Position numbers and translations under genes: made by a program. From an uncultured Gammaproteobacteria bacterium (lineage in GTDB: Bacteria > Patescibacteriota > Microgenomatia > CAYGWK01), in NCBI GenBank assembly GCA_964487495.1, contig CAZAPL010000006.1, forward strand, positions 1 to 58,117: a stretch of DNA of 58,117 nt, given 5' to 3'. The notes under the pieces were generated by a model, which worked only from the letters and a program-made list of their open reading frames with translations, made no database searches and was not told the DNA's origin. This document shows, in pieces, positions 34,172-44,033 of this stretch; the stretch's first letter is position 1; each line of letters begins with the position of its first letter.

Positions 34172-37100
34172 ATGGCAGAATTTACTCATCTTCATGTTCA
34201 TTCCGAATATTCCCTTTTAGATGGTTTAGCAAAAATCCCTATTTTGGTAGAGAGAGCCAAAGAATTAGGGATGAAGTCTTTGGCTTTAACTGATCATGGA
34301 GTAATGTATGGGGTTATTCCTTTTTATCTTACCTGTCTTGAAAAGGAGATTAAGCCTATTATTGGGGTGGAAATTTATATGGCGCGGCGTTCTCGCTTTG
34401 ATAAACAGCCAAAAATTGATGCCGATCAATATCATCTTGTAATTTTGGCCAAATCTCAAGAAGGTTATAAAAATTTAATTAAGTTGGTAACTGCGGCCCA
34501 TCTTGAAGGGTTTTATTATAGACCAAGGATTGATTTCGAAATTCTAAAAGAGAATTCAAAAGATTTAGTTATTCTTTCTTCGTGTCTTGCCGGAGAAATT
34601 CCCTCATTGATTTTAGAAAACAAAATTAGTCAAGCAGAAAAAAGAGCTAAGGAATTTCAAGAGGTCTTCGGTAAAGACTTTTATTTTGAATTAGAAGTGC
34701 ATCCAAATATTTTAGACCAAGACAAGGTGAATTTAGAATTAATTCATCTTTCCCGAAAACTTGGAATTCCCCTAGTGGCGACTAATGACGTTCACTATGT
34801 TTTTCCTGAGGATGCGGCTGCTCAAGATGCTCTTTTGGCAGTTCAAACTCAGAAGAAAATTTCTGACAAGGATAGATTGACAATGATAGATTCGCCTGAT
34901 TTTTATCTTCGTTCACCCGAAGAAATGGAAAGACTTTTTTGGGAAGTTCCTGACGCGATTAAAAATACTCAAGAAATTGCGGAGAAATGTGATCTTAAAA
35001 TTGAGATGGATAAATGGATCTTGCCTAATTATCCTTTGCCTAAAGGAGAAACTGCAGAAAATTACCTAAGAAAACTTGCTTATGAGGGAGCCAAGAAACG
35101 ATTTTCTGAAATTACCGAAGAAATAAGAAAAAGATTAGATTACGAATTAGAAATAATCTGTAAAAAGAAATTTGCTACCTATTTTTTGATTGTTCAAGAT
35201 TTTGTTAATTGGGCTAAACAGCAGAAAATAAGAGTAGGTCCGGGAAGAGGATCGGCAGCCGGCTCTTTAGTTTCTTATGTTTTGCGAATTACCTCTATTA
35301 ATCCTTTAGAACATAATCTTCCTTTTGAGAGATTTTTAAATCCGGAACGCCCCACTCCTCCAGATATTGATCTTGATTTTGCTGATGATCGTCGAGATGA
35401 AGTAATTTCTTACGTTACGGAAAAATACGGTAAAGATAAAGTTGCTCAAATTATAACGTTTGGAACGATGGAGGCAAGAATGGCTGTTAGAGACGTTGCT
35501 CGCGTTTTAGGTTATCCTTATTCAACCGGAGACAGAATTGCTAAGATGATTCCTCCAGGAACCCAGAGTTCCCAGAAAACAATTGTTGATGCTATCTCTT
35601 CAAATCCCGACCTTAAGGCTGCTTATGAAAATGAAGAAGAAACAAGGAAAATCTTAGATTTAGCAGCAAAACTTGAGGGAGTAGTTCGCCAGGCCTCAAC
35701 CCACGCTGCCGGGGTGGTAATTTCTGATCGTCCCCTTATTGAATATGTCCCTCTTCAATGGGATAGTAAAAAAGAAAAAATAATTACCCAATATGATATG
35801 TATGCTTTAGATCTCAATGTTTCAGAACATGCAATTGGTCTTTTGAAAATGGATTTTTTAGGACTACGAAATTTAACCATTTTATCTAAAGCGGTAGAGT
35901 TTGTTGAATCCAATAAAGGCATAAAAATAGATATTTCAGAAATTCCCCTTGATGACAGTAAAGTTTATGAGATGATTGGGAGGGGGGAGACAACTGGAGT
36001 TTTTCAATTAGAATCGGCAGGAATGAGAAAATTAGCAAGGAGTCTTAGACCTTCTCGTTTTTCTGATATCGCTGCAATGGTGGCCTTATATCGTCCTGGG
36101 CCAATGGAGTGGATCGATGATTTTATAGTTGGCAAGAATAATCCCTCCAAAATTCGTTATCCTCATCCTGATTTGAAACCAATACTTGAGGAAACTTATG
36201 GAATTGCCGTTTACCAAGAACAATGCTTACAAATTGCAGTTTCAATTGCGGGCTATTCTTGGGCTGAGGCAGATATTTTAAGACGAGCAATCGGAAAAAA
36301 GAAAAAGGCTTTAATGATCTCAGAAAAGGAGAAATTTATTAAAAAATCGATTGAAAGAGGTTATAAAAAAGAAGAAGCAGAAAAAATTTTTTCTTTAATC
36401 GAAAGATTTGCAGGCTATGGATTTAATAAGGCCCATTCTACCTCCTATGCGATGGTTGCTTATCAGACTGCTTGGGTAAAGGCGAACTATCCATTGGAAT
36501 TTATGGCGGCACTTTTAACTGCCGAATCTGGCAATGCCGATAAGGTTGCCTTAGCGGTTGAAGAATGCCGAAGAATGAAAATTGAGGTTTTACCTCCTGA
36601 AATTAATACCTCAGGCGTTGGTTTTTCAATTGAAAAAAATAAATCGTCAGAAAGCCTTGGGGCAATCCGTTTTGGACTTTCGGCGATTAAAAATGTTGGC
36701 GATGCGGCAATTGAAGCGATTCTTAAAGCACGAGAAACCGGAGGGAAATTTTCCTCCTTATCTGATTTTTGTCGTCGGGTTGACCCCCAAAAGGTTAACA
36801 AAAAGGTTTTAGAATCTTTAATTAAAGCAGGGGCAATGGATTGCTTTGGGAAAAGAGCGGCAATGCTTGCTGGTCTTGATCAAATAAGAAAAGGAGGGGA
36901 AATCATTCAAAGGGAAAAAAATAGTGGACAAGTCGGACTTTTTGAGGACCAGGAAGAAGAGTTAAAAAGGGTAAAAAGCAGCGAAGAACTTCCTCAAATT
37001 GAGGAGTTTTCTCGAATCGAACTTTTATCTTTAGAAAAAGAACTTCTTGGTTTTTATTTAACCGAGCATCCTCTCTCGCCAGTTCTTTCTCTTTTAGAAA

Positions 37101-37627
37101 ACGAAATTTCTCACAAGATTTATGAACTTAGAGAAGAGACGGAATCCTTCGAAAAGGTAAAGATTGGCGGAATCATTTCCTCGCTAAGAATTGTTTTGAC
37201 AAAAAATGGCCAGTCGGAGATGGCTTTTGCTACCATTGAAGACGAAACCGGAAAGATTGAGGTGGTAGTTTTTCCTAAAGTTTTTTCCTTAACTCGTTCT
37301 TGTTGGGTTAGAGATCAAATTGTTCTCGTAGAGGGAAAGGTGGAAAGAAGAGATGAAGGATCTTCTTTAATTGCTGAAAACGCATTTTCCCTTTCCCTGG
37401 CAAATAAAGAAAAGAAAGAGGAAAAATTTGATTTTGTAATTAGAGTACCTCAAGGGACTAACTCTCAGACCTTAATGGAATTAAATCGTTTATTGAAAGA
37501 AAACCCTGGTAAGAAAAAGGGAGTTTTAATTTTTGAAAATAATGGAAGACCAAAGAGATTAATTCTTGGATTCGGAGTCAATTTTACTGAAGAATTAGAG
37601 AAAAAGATAGAAAAAATTCTCAGATAA
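34172..37627 (+). CDS. dnaE: DNA polymerase III alpha subunit
   Basis: PHP domain FTHLHVHSEYSLLDG, GPGRGSAAGSLVSYVL, an OB-fold region; 1151 aa. Confidence 0.95.
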   Translation: MAEFTHLHVHSEYSLLDGLAKIPILVERAKELGMKSLALTDHGVMYGVIPFYLTCLEKEIKPIIGVEIYMARRSRFDKQPKIDADQYHLVILAKSQEGYKNLIKLVTAAHLEGFYYRPRIDFEILKENSKDLVILSSCLAGEIPSLILENKISQAEKRAKEFQEVFGKDFYFELEVHPNILDQDKVNLELIHLSRKLGIPLVATNDVHYVFPEDAAAQDALLAVQTQKKISDKDRLTMIDSPDFYLRSPEEMERLFWEVPDAIKNTQEIAEKCDLKIEMDKWILPNYPLPKGETAENYLRKLAYEGAKKRFSEITEEIRKRLDYELEIICKKKFATYFLIVQDFVNWAKQQKIRVGPGRGSAAGSLVSYVLRITSINPLEHNLPFERFLNPERPTPPDIDLDFADDRRDEVISYVTEKYGKDKVAQIITFGTMEARMAVRDVARVLGYPYSTGDRIAKMIPPGTQSSQKTIVDAISSNPDLKAAYENEEETRKILDLAAKLEGVVRQASTHAAGVVISDRPLIEYVPLQWDSKKEKIITQYDMYALDLNVSEHAIGLLKMDFLGLRNLTILSKAVEFVESNKGIKIDISEIPLDDSKVYEMIGRGETTGVFQLESAGMRKLARSLRPSRFSDIAAMVALYRPGPMEWIDDFIVGKNNPSKIRYPHPDLKPILEETYGIAVYQEQCLQIAVSIAGYSWAEADILRRAIGKKKKALMISEKEKFIKKSIERGYKKEEAEKIFSLIERFAGYGFNKAHSTSYAMVAYQTAWVKANYPLEFMAALLTAESGNADKVALAVEECRRMKIEVLPPEINTSGVGFSIEKNKSSESLGAIRFGLSAIKNVGDAAIEAILKARETGGKFSSLSDFCRRVDPQKVNKKVLESLIKAGAMDCFGKRAAMLAGLDQIRKGGEIIQREKNSGQVGLFEDQEEELKRVKSSEELPQIEEFSRIELLSLEKELLGFYLTEHPLSPVLSLLENEISHKIYELREETESFEKVKIGGIISSLRIVLTKNGQSEMAFATIEDETGKIEVVVFPKVFSLTRSCWVRDQIVLVEGKVERRDEGSSLIAENAFSLSLANKEKKEEKFDFVIRVPQGTNSQTLMELNRLLKENPGKKKGVLIFENNGRPKRLILGFGVNFTEELEKKIEKILR

Positions 37628-37651
37628 AATTTTTTTATAGGATTTTTAATT

Positions 37652-37677
37652 ATTGTAAAATAAAATTGTAAAATAAA
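37652..37677. repeat. Perfect tandem 13-bp repeat ATTGTAAAATAAA x2 upstream of pyrB
   Basis: Read directly (37652-37664 and 37665-37677). Confidence 0.6.
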
Positions 37678-37688
37678 CTTAATTTTTT

Positions 37689-38666
37689 ATGGTTTTTAAT
37701 AAAAAATTAGAAAACTTTAATCCCTTTTCTAAGAAAGATTTTATTTCTGTAGAGCAGATTACTTCACTAAGAGAGATTGAGTATCTTTTCCAAATTGCCG
37801 ATTTAATGAAAGAAGCGGTAGAAAAAAAGAAAAAAAGTTTCTTGTTAGAAGACAAGACTTTAGTAATTCTTTTTTATCAACCAAGTACGCGGACCTTTAC
37901 TTCTTTTCAGGCTGCTGCTCAATGGTTAGGTTGCCAAAGGATTATTGCTATTGCCGGCATGGAATTTTATTCATCAGCGGTTAAGGGAGAATCGTTGCCT
38001 GATACTATAAGAACTGTTGAACAGACAACTAATTGTGATTTAATAATCTTAAGACATCCTGATGATAATTCTTCGGAAATTGCCGCCAGATATGCCAATG
38101 TTCCGGTAATTAATGCAGGATCGGGGAAAAAAGAACACCCAACCCAGGCTTTATTAGATCTTTATACTATTAGACAAAAATTTGGGCATTTTGAGAATTT
38201 GAATATAGCAATGCTTGGAGATTTAAAAAACGGCAGAACAGTAAAATCTTTATCTTTGCTTTTAGGGGTTGTTTCTTCAAAAATTTCAATTGTTTTTGTT
38301 TCTCCTCCTGAGTTAAAAATTCCTAAAGAATTTTTAGAAAAGTTAAAAGAAAAGGGGATGAAGATAAAAGAAACGGAAAATTTAGAAGAAGTTTTGCCAG
38401 AAATTGACGTTTTATACGTAACAAGAATTCAAAAAGAATGGTTTGAAAACGAAGAAGAATATCAAAAAGTTAAGGGCAGTTATGTGATTACTCCAGAAAT
38501 TATGAAAAAGGCTAAAAGAAAAATGATCGTAATGCATCCCTTACCGCGAGTTGATGAAATTGACTTTCGTTTTGATTCCGATCCTCGTGCTTTTTATTTT
38601 TACCAAATAAGAAATGGACTTTATATTAGAATGGCATTAATAGCGGCAATTTTAGGAAAATTTTAA
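37689..38666 (+). CDS. pyrB: Aspartate carbamoyltransferase catalytic chain
   Basis: PSTRTFTSF (variant of STRTR), LRHPDD, HPTQALLD, GDLKNGRTV, TRIQKE, MHPLPRVDEI. Confidence 0.8.
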   Translation: MVFNKKLENFNPFSKKDFISVEQITSLREIEYLFQIADLMKEAVEKKKKSFLLEDKTLVILFYQPSTRTFTSFQAAAQWLGCQRIIAIAGMEFYSSAVKGESLPDTIRTVEQTTNCDLIILRHPDDNSSEIAARYANVPVINAGSGKKEHPTQALLDLYTIRQKFGHFENLNIAMLGDLKNGRTVKSLSLLLGVVSSKISIVFVSPPELKIPKEFLEKLKEKGMKIKETENLEEVLPEIDVLYVTRIQKEWFENEEEYQKVKGSYVITPEIMKKAKRKMIVMHPLPRVDEIDFRFDSDPRAFYFYQIRNGLYIRMALIAAILGKF

Positions 38667-38669
38667 ATT

Positions 38670-40325
38670 ATGTTTCCAAAATTCATTTTTGTCTCCGGAG
38701 GAGTAATTTCTGGCCTTGGTAAGGGAATTACTACCGCTTCAATTGGACTTCTTCTTAAATCTTGTGGTTTAAAAGTAGCCCCGCTTAAATGCGATATGTA
38801 CTTAAATATTGATGCCGGGACAATGAATCCTTTAGAACATGGAGAAATTTTTGTCACCGATGATGGAACGGAAGCAGATCAAGATTTGGGACATTACGAG
38901 AGATTTTTAGAGCTTTCTTTATCTTGGGAAAACTATATAACTGCTGGTTGGGTCTACAAAAGAGTTTTGGAACGCGAAAGGGCGCTTGAATATGGAGGGA
39001 AATGTGTCGAGGCCTATTCTCATATTCCTCAGGAAATAATATCAAGATTTGAACTATTGGCAAAGAAGGCAGATATTGTTTTAGTTGAATTTGGGGGAAC
39101 AGTAGGCGAATATCAAAATATCATGTTTTTTGAGGCGGCAAGGAGAATGAAAATTAAATACAAAGAAAATGTCTTATTTGTTCATGTTGGTTATCTTCCT
39201 ATTCCTCCTTCTATTGGCGAGATGAAAACTAAGCCCCTTCAACAATCTATTCATGAACTAAATGAACTTGGTATCCAACCTGATATAATTGTTTGTCGCT
39301 CCGAAAGAATTATTGATGAGAGAAGAAAAGAAAAAATTGCTTTGGCGGCTGCTTTGGATACCAAGGCAATTTTTTCAAACCCCGATGTCCCTTCAATTTA
39401 TGAGGTTCCGTTAATTTTAGAAGAACAAGGTTTAACCAAAATAATTTTGGAAAAATTTAGTTTAAAGCCTAGGAAGAAAGATTTATCAACCTGGAGAAAT
39501 TTAGTCAAAAAGGCAAAAACGGTTAAAAAGGAAGTAAAAATTGCTATCGTAGGTAAATATTACACTTCAGGAGGGTTTTCTTTGGAGGATTCTTATGTTT
39601 CTGTTGTCGAATCTGTAAAACATGCTTCTTGGGCAAATGGAGTCAAACCAAAGATTTTATGGTTTGATAGTGGACAAATTGAAAAGGAAGGAATAGAAAA
39701 GCTAAATAAAGTTGATGGAATAATTGTTCCTCAAGGTTGGGGGAGTCGGGGAGTTGAAGGGAAGATAAAGGCAGTTCAATTTGCCCGAGAAAATAAAATT
39801 CCCTTTTTGGGTCTTTGTTTTGGAATGCAAATGGCTGTAATCGAATTTGCAAGAAATGTCTTAGGTTTTAAAAAGGCAACTTCAACTGAAGTTGACCCAA
39901 GAACTAAATTTCCAGTTATCCATATTATGCCTGAACAAGAAAAATATTTAAGGAAACATCAATATGGAGGAACAATTCGTTTAGGATCTTGGCCATGCAG
40001 GTTATTAAAAGGAAGTCTTTTGGAAAAGGCATATATTAAAAATCAAAAAAATAAAATTTCTGGCTCTAAATTAATTTACGAAAGACATAGACATCGATAT
40101 GAGTTTAATAATAAATACAGACGACAATTCGAAAAGGCAGGAATAAAATTTAGCGGTCTTTCCCCTGATGGAAAAATAGTGGAAGCGGTGGAACTTTTAG
40201 ATCATCCCTTTTTTATTGGTACCCAATTTCATCCGGAATATAAATCTTCTCCTTTACATCCTCATCCTTTGTTTTTAGAATTTATTAAGAATACCGTTTT
40301 GCGTTCCAAAAATTTACGGGATTGA
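38670..40325 (+). CDS. pyrG: CTP synthase
   Basis: FVSGGVISGLGKGITTAS, GATase GLCFGMQMAVIEFARN, GTQFHPEYKS. Confidence 0.97.
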   Translation: MFPKFIFVSGGVISGLGKGITTASIGLLLKSCGLKVAPLKCDMYLNIDAGTMNPLEHGEIFVTDDGTEADQDLGHYERFLELSLSWENYITAGWVYKRVLERERALEYGGKCVEAYSHIPQEIISRFELLAKKADIVLVEFGGTVGEYQNIMFFEAARRMKIKYKENVLFVHVGYLPIPPSIGEMKTKPLQQSIHELNELGIQPDIIVCRSERIIDERRKEKIALAAALDTKAIFSNPDVPSIYEVPLILEEQGLTKIILEKFSLKPRKKDLSTWRNLVKKAKTVKKEVKIAIVGKYYTSGGFSLEDSYVSVVESVKHASWANGVKPKILWFDSGQIEKEGIEKLNKVDGIIVPQGWGSRGVEGKIKAVQFARENKIPFLGLCFGMQMAVIEFARNVLGFKKATSTEVDPRTKFPVIHIMPEQEKYLRKHQYGGTIRLGSWPCRLLKGSLLEKAYIKNQKNKISGSKLIYERHRHRYEFNNKYRRQFEKAGIKFSGLSPDGKIVEAVELLDHPFFIGTQFHPEYKSSPLHPHPLFLEFIKNTVLRSKNLRD

Positions 40326-40345
40326 AATTGAATAAAAGAAAATTA

Positions 40346-40375
40346 TTGACAAAGAGCAGAGAATTTTGGTATTCT
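40346..40375 (+). promoter_or_regulatory. Promoter TTGACA-18-(TGg)TATTCT upstream of xpt
   Basis: TTGACA at 40346-40351, TATTCT at 40370-40375 preceded by TGg. The ~50-nt leader carries a small hairpin CCTCTT-ctgccc-AAGAGG. Confidence 0.45.
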
Positions 40376-40432
40376 TAAAAAGACAGCGCAATAACCTCTT
40401 CTGCCCAAGAGGAATAGAAAAGGAAAAAAAGA

Positions 40433-41059
40433 ATGGCAAGAGAAAATGAACTCCACTTTTCTTCAGAAGAAGAAACCTTACTTAGAAATTTTCTTAAATC
40501 TTTAATTTTAGAAAAAGGAGAGATTAAAGAAGGAGGAATTCTTGATGTAACAGGTTTCTTAAATCATCAGATTGATCCCACTTTAATGAAACTATTTGGC
40601 CAGGTAGTTTCTGGAAAATTTAAAAATCTTCAACCAACAAAGGTTTTAACTGCTGCAAGTTCAGGTATTGCTTTGGGATTAAACGCAGCAATAGGGCTTA
40701 GAATACCTTGTGTTTTTGCAAGAACCGATACTCCGATAACTTTTGGAGAAGTTTGGAGATCAGCAGGCCCATCTCACACAAAAGGCGGAGAAGTTTTCTA
40801 TAATATAGATTGCCGATTTTTGGGTAAAGGAGATAGGGTTTTAATTGTTGATGATTTTTTAGCCACAGGGGCGACAATTCAGTGCTTGATTGAAATTTGC
40901 AATAAGGCAAAGGCAGAAATTAAAGGTATTGCTGTTGCTATCGAAAAGGCTTTTGAGGGAGGGCGAGAAAGACTAACCAGTCTTTTAGGCGACCAAATTC
41001 CTATTTATTCGGTGGTAATAATTGAGGCGATGGATAGCAAACGATTGGTTTTCAGGTGA
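40433..41059 (+). CDS. xpt: Xanthine phosphoribosyltransferase
   Basis: VTGFLNHQIDP and PRPP loop VLIVDDFLATGATI. Confidence 0.8.
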   Translation: MARENELHFSSEEETLLRNFLKSLILEKGEIKEGGILDVTGFLNHQIDPTLMKLFGQVVSGKFKNLQPTKVLTAASSGIALGLNAAIGLRIPCVFARTDTPITFGEVWRSAGPSHTKGGEVFYNIDCRFLGKGDRVLIVDDFLATGATIQCLIEICNKAKAEIKGIAVAIEKAFEGGRERLTSLLGDQIPIYSVVIIEAMDSKRLVFR

Positions 41060-41128
41060 TAGCAGTTAATGAAAAAAATAAAAAGACACCTAAGAATAGG
41101 TTTAATGCTTAATTCAGAATAAAATTCA

Positions 41129-42484
41129 ATGAGAACTAATAAATATAAAGTAATTATTGTTGGGGCGGGACCGGCAGGAATTTTTGCGGCAATCGAGTTA
41201 TTAAATGGAGGAATAAAGGATATTTTAATTATAGACAAAGGAAAGTCGGTAAAAGATAGGTTGTCTACAGAGACTCTTTGCGGAGTCGGTGGAGCAGGAT
41301 TATTTTCGGATGGGAAGCTTAATTTTACACCGGTTTTGGGTAAAACAAATTTAACAGAATTTGTCTCTTTGAATGAGGCAAATAAACTCATTTCTTATAT
41401 AGAGAAAATTTTTTCAGATTTTGGAGTTAAAGAGAAAACTTATCCTACCGATATCAAAAAGGCAAAAGATTATCAAAGAGTGGCTAAAAGAAATGGGATG
41501 GAAATTTTATTGATAAAGCAGAGGCATCTTGGTTCTGATAAACTTCCTCAATATGTGGGAGAAATGGAGAATTTTTTGAGAGAAAAGGGAATTAATTTTT
41601 TTTTGGAAACTATGGTAGAAAAAATTTTGGCAAAAAACGGTAAAGTTTTGGGAGTAAAGACCTCTCAGGGAGAAAATCTTTTAGCAGAAAACCTTATTAT
41701 CGCTCCAGGAAGAGTAGGAAATCAATGGTTATCCAAAGAGTTAAATTTGCTTGGCTTGGAAATGGAGCAGTGTAATTTTGAAATAGGAGTAAGGGTTGAA
41801 GTGCCGCTTGAGATAATGGAAGAAATAACTTCCGTGATTTACGACCCAACGGTATTAATTAGAACTTCTTCTTATGATGATCTTGTAAGGACTTTTTGTA
41901 CTAATCCTTCAGGTTTCGTTGTTAAGGAGAATTATAAAAATTTTGTTTGCGTTAATGGCCATGCTACCAAAAACCATCGTTCTCCAAATAGTAATTTTGC
42001 TTTACTTGACAAAGTGAATTTGACAGAACCGGTTACAGATACGGTAACTTATGGAGAAAGCATTTGCTATCTGGCAAACACTATTGGCGGAGGTAAACCA
42101 ATTTTACAACGCTTTGTTGACTTTAAACGTTATCGCCGAAGCACCTGGAGAAGGTTAAGAAAAAGTTATATTGAACCTACTTTAACTGACGTTACACCAG
42201 GAGATATAAGCATGGCTTTCCCTCATCGAATAGTGGTTAATATTGTAGAAGCTTTAGAAAAACTTGATCAACTTATTCCTGGGGTTTCCAGTGATTCAAC
42301 TCTTCTTTATGCTCCGGAAGCAAAATTTTTCTCTGTTAAACCAAAAGTGGATAAAGATTTACAAACAGAGATTAAAGGTCTTTTTGTTGCTGGTGACGGT
42401 GCTGGGGTCTCGGGAAATATTGTAGGCGCCGCCGCTACCGGTATAATTGCCGCCAGAGGAATTTTAAAAAAGGATAAAAATTAA
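41129..42484 (+). CDS. FAD-dependent oxidoreductase (COG2509-like, function uncharacterised)
   Basis: [17 protein letters not shown] Rossmann motif and C-terminal [21 protein letters not shown]. Confidence 0.65.
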   Translation: MRTNKYKVIIVGAGPAGIFAAIELLNGGIKDILIIDKGKSVKDRLSTETLCGVGGAGLFSDGKLNFTPVLGKTNLTEFVSLNEANKLISYIEKIFSDFGVKEKTYPTDIKKAKDYQRVAKRNGMEILLIKQRHLGSDKLPQYVGEMENFLREKGINFFLETMVEKILAKNGKVLGVKTSQGENLLAENLIIAPGRVGNQWLSKELNLLGLEMEQCNFEIGVRVEVPLEIMEEITSVIYDPTVLIRTSSYDDLVRTFCTNPSGFVVKENYKNFVCVNGHATKNHRSPNSNFALLDKVNLTEPVTDTVTYGESICYLANTIGGGKPILQRFVDFKRYRRSTWRRLRKSYIEPTLTDVTPGDISMAFPHRIVVNIVEALEKLDQLIPGVSSDSTLLYAPEAKFFSVKPKVDKDLQTEIKGLFVAGDGAGVSGNIVGAAATGIIAARGILKKDKN

Positions 42485-42506
42485 TTATTTTAATTTTTCC
42501 ATTTTG

Positions 42507-42515
42507 TGTTAAAAT
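42507..42515 (+). promoter_or_regulatory. Extended -10 box TGtTAAAAT, 10 nt upstream of the rplS ATG
   Basis: ttTGtTAAAATatctttaagtATG. No Shine-Dalgarno. Confidence 0.3.
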
Positions 42516-42525
42516 ATCTTTAAGT

Positions 42526-42804
42526 ATGGCAAATATGGCAAAATTAAAAGACACTACTTTTTCGGTTGGTGATAACGTCAAAGTTCATTTTGGGGCAGGA
42601 AATCCGTTTCAGGGAATAGTTATTTCTATTCGTGGAAAAGACGAAAATAAAACCTTTACTGTTAGACGAATCGGAGTAAATAAAATTGGGATAGAAAGAA
42701 TTTTCCCTTTATCTTCGCCTCTTCTTAAAAAAATTGAGGTAGTTAAGAAAAATAAGAAGAGGGTACGCCGCGCTAAACTTTATTATTTACGCCCAGAAAA
42801 ATAA
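42526..42804 (+). CDS. rplS: Ribosomal protein L19 (short form)
   Basis: [11 protein letters not shown]...[23 protein letters not shown]...[10 protein letters not shown]. Only 92 aa. Confidence 0.85.
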   Translation: MANMAKLKDTTFSVGDNVKVHFGAGNPFQGIVISIRGKDENKTFTVRRIGVNKIGIERIFPLSSPLLKKIEVVKKNKKRVRRAKLYYLRPEK

Positions 42805-43166
42805 TGTTAAATACCCATAAATTAGGAGAGATAGGCGAGAATTTAGCAATAAAATTTTTGGAAAAGAATGGCTATAAAATTCTTGAGAGGAATTTTCGTT
42901 CAAAATTTGGAGAAATTGATATCATTGCCCAGGATAAGAATACCTTAGTTTTTGTTGAGGTCAAAACTCGATTGAATAATAAATTTGGATTAGCAGAAGA
43001 GGCAATCACTCCTTGGAAAATAGAAAAGATTATCAAAGCAGGAGAATATTATAAATTACTTCATCCAAAACTTCCCGAATCTTTAAGGATTGATGCCGTT
43101 TGTCTTAATTTTTCTCCTTTCGGGAATTTGGAAAAAATAGAAATTTTTAAAAACATTAGTGGTTAA
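42804..43166 (+). CDS. yraN: YraN family (UPF0102) endonuclease-like protein
   Basis: GEIGENLA...GEIDIIAQDKNTLVFVEVKTR. Confidence 0.8.
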   Translation: MLNTHKLGEIGENLAIKFLEKNGYKILERNFRSKFGEIDIIAQDKNTLVFVEVKTRLNNKFGLAEEAITPWKIEKIIKAGEYYKLLHPKLPESLRIDAVCLNFSPFGNLEKIEIFKNISG

Positions 43167-43183
43167 AATAATAATTTAAGGCA

Positions 43184-43212
43184 TTAAATTTTCTCTAAAG
43201 TTTTGCTATTAT
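43184..43212 (+). promoter_or_regulatory. Promoter-like TTAAAT-17-TATTAT ending 6 nt before the ruvC ATG
   Basis: TTAAAT at 43184-43189, TATTAT at 43207-43212, ATG at 43219. No Shine-Dalgarno. Confidence 0.4.
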
Positions 43213-43218
43213 TCTTTT

Positions 43219-43731
43219 ATGAAGATTTTAGGAATTGATCCGGGAACAGCGACTACCGGTTATGGTCTTCTCTGCGTTGAAAAAGATAATTTCAGTCTTT
43301 TAGATTTTGGTTGGGTAGAAACAAATAAAAATGATTCTCTTCAAGAAAGGTTAATCCTAATTCATCGGCGAATCTTGTCTCTAATTAAAAACCACAAGCC
43401 TGATGTTTTGGTTATAGAAAGACTTTTTTTTGCCTCAAATGCCAAAACAGCCATGGCGGTTTCGGAGGCAACTGGTGTTATTAGACTTGCTGCCGCCAAA
43501 AATAAAATACCGGTTGTGGAATATGTCCCTATGCAGGTTAAAATGGAAATTTGCGGGAATGGGAAAGCCAATAAAAAGGAAGTAAAAAAACAAATAAGAA
43601 AAATTCTTTCTATTCGTTCGCCAAATCATAAAAAATCTCATTTTGATGATGTTTGCGACGCCTTGGCGGTAGCAATTTGTCATGCCAGAAAGGGTATGAT
43701 AAAATCTAAAGAAGAAAAGGAAAGGAGGTGA
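43219..43731 (+). CDS. ruvC: Holliday junction resolvase RuvC
   Basis: ILGIDPGTATTGYG, VIERLFF, DVCDALAVAICH. Confidence 0.9.
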   Translation: MKILGIDPGTATTGYGLLCVEKDNFSLLDFGWVETNKNDSLQERLILIHRRILSLIKNHKPDVLVIERLFFASNAKTAMAVSEATGVIRLAAAKNKIPVVEYVPMQVKMEICGNGKANKKEVKKQIRKILSIRSPNHKKSHFDDVCDALAVAICHARKGMIKSKEEKERR

Positions 43732-43737
43732 AAAAAG

Positions 43738-43992
43738 ATGGCAGACCTTAAAGTAGGAAAAATAATTCATTATTACGATAAAATTGGCGTTGCCGTCGTA
43801 GAACTTGAAGATGATTTAAGAGTGGGAGAGACTATAAAAATTTCTGGTCATGGCAATGAATTTGTTCAAAGTGTTTCTTCGATGCAGATTGAACACGAAA
43901 ATATTCAAGAAGCAAAGAAAGGGCAAACAATTGGACTTAAGGTAGACCAGGAAGTTAAAGAGGGAGATGAAATTTATAAAATAAATGCTTAA
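43738..43992 (+). CDS. Small stand-alone beta-barrel protein resembling translation-factor domain II
   Basis: 84 aa. VGKIIHYYDKIGVAVVELEDDLRVGETIKI...KKGQTIGLKVDQEVKEGDEIYK follows the EF-Tu domain-2-like pattern. Strong AGGAGGTG Shine-Dalgarno upstream. Confidence 0.4.
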   Translation: MADLKVGKIIHYYDKIGVAVVELEDDLRVGETIKISGHGNEFVQSVSSMQIEHENIQEAKKGQTIGLKVDQEVKEGDEIYKINA

Positions 43993-44033
43993 ACATTTAA
44001 AGTTCATCGTTTTTTAAATATTCCCAAGGAATA

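Noticed and set aside
40326-40432. A purine riboswitch upstream of xpt, and a T-box upstream of ileS (8682-8734).
   Set aside because: The xpt leader is only ~50 nt with a single 6-bp hairpin and lacks the three-way-junction sequence of guanine/adenine riboswitches. The ileS spacer is 53 nt, far too short for a T-box.
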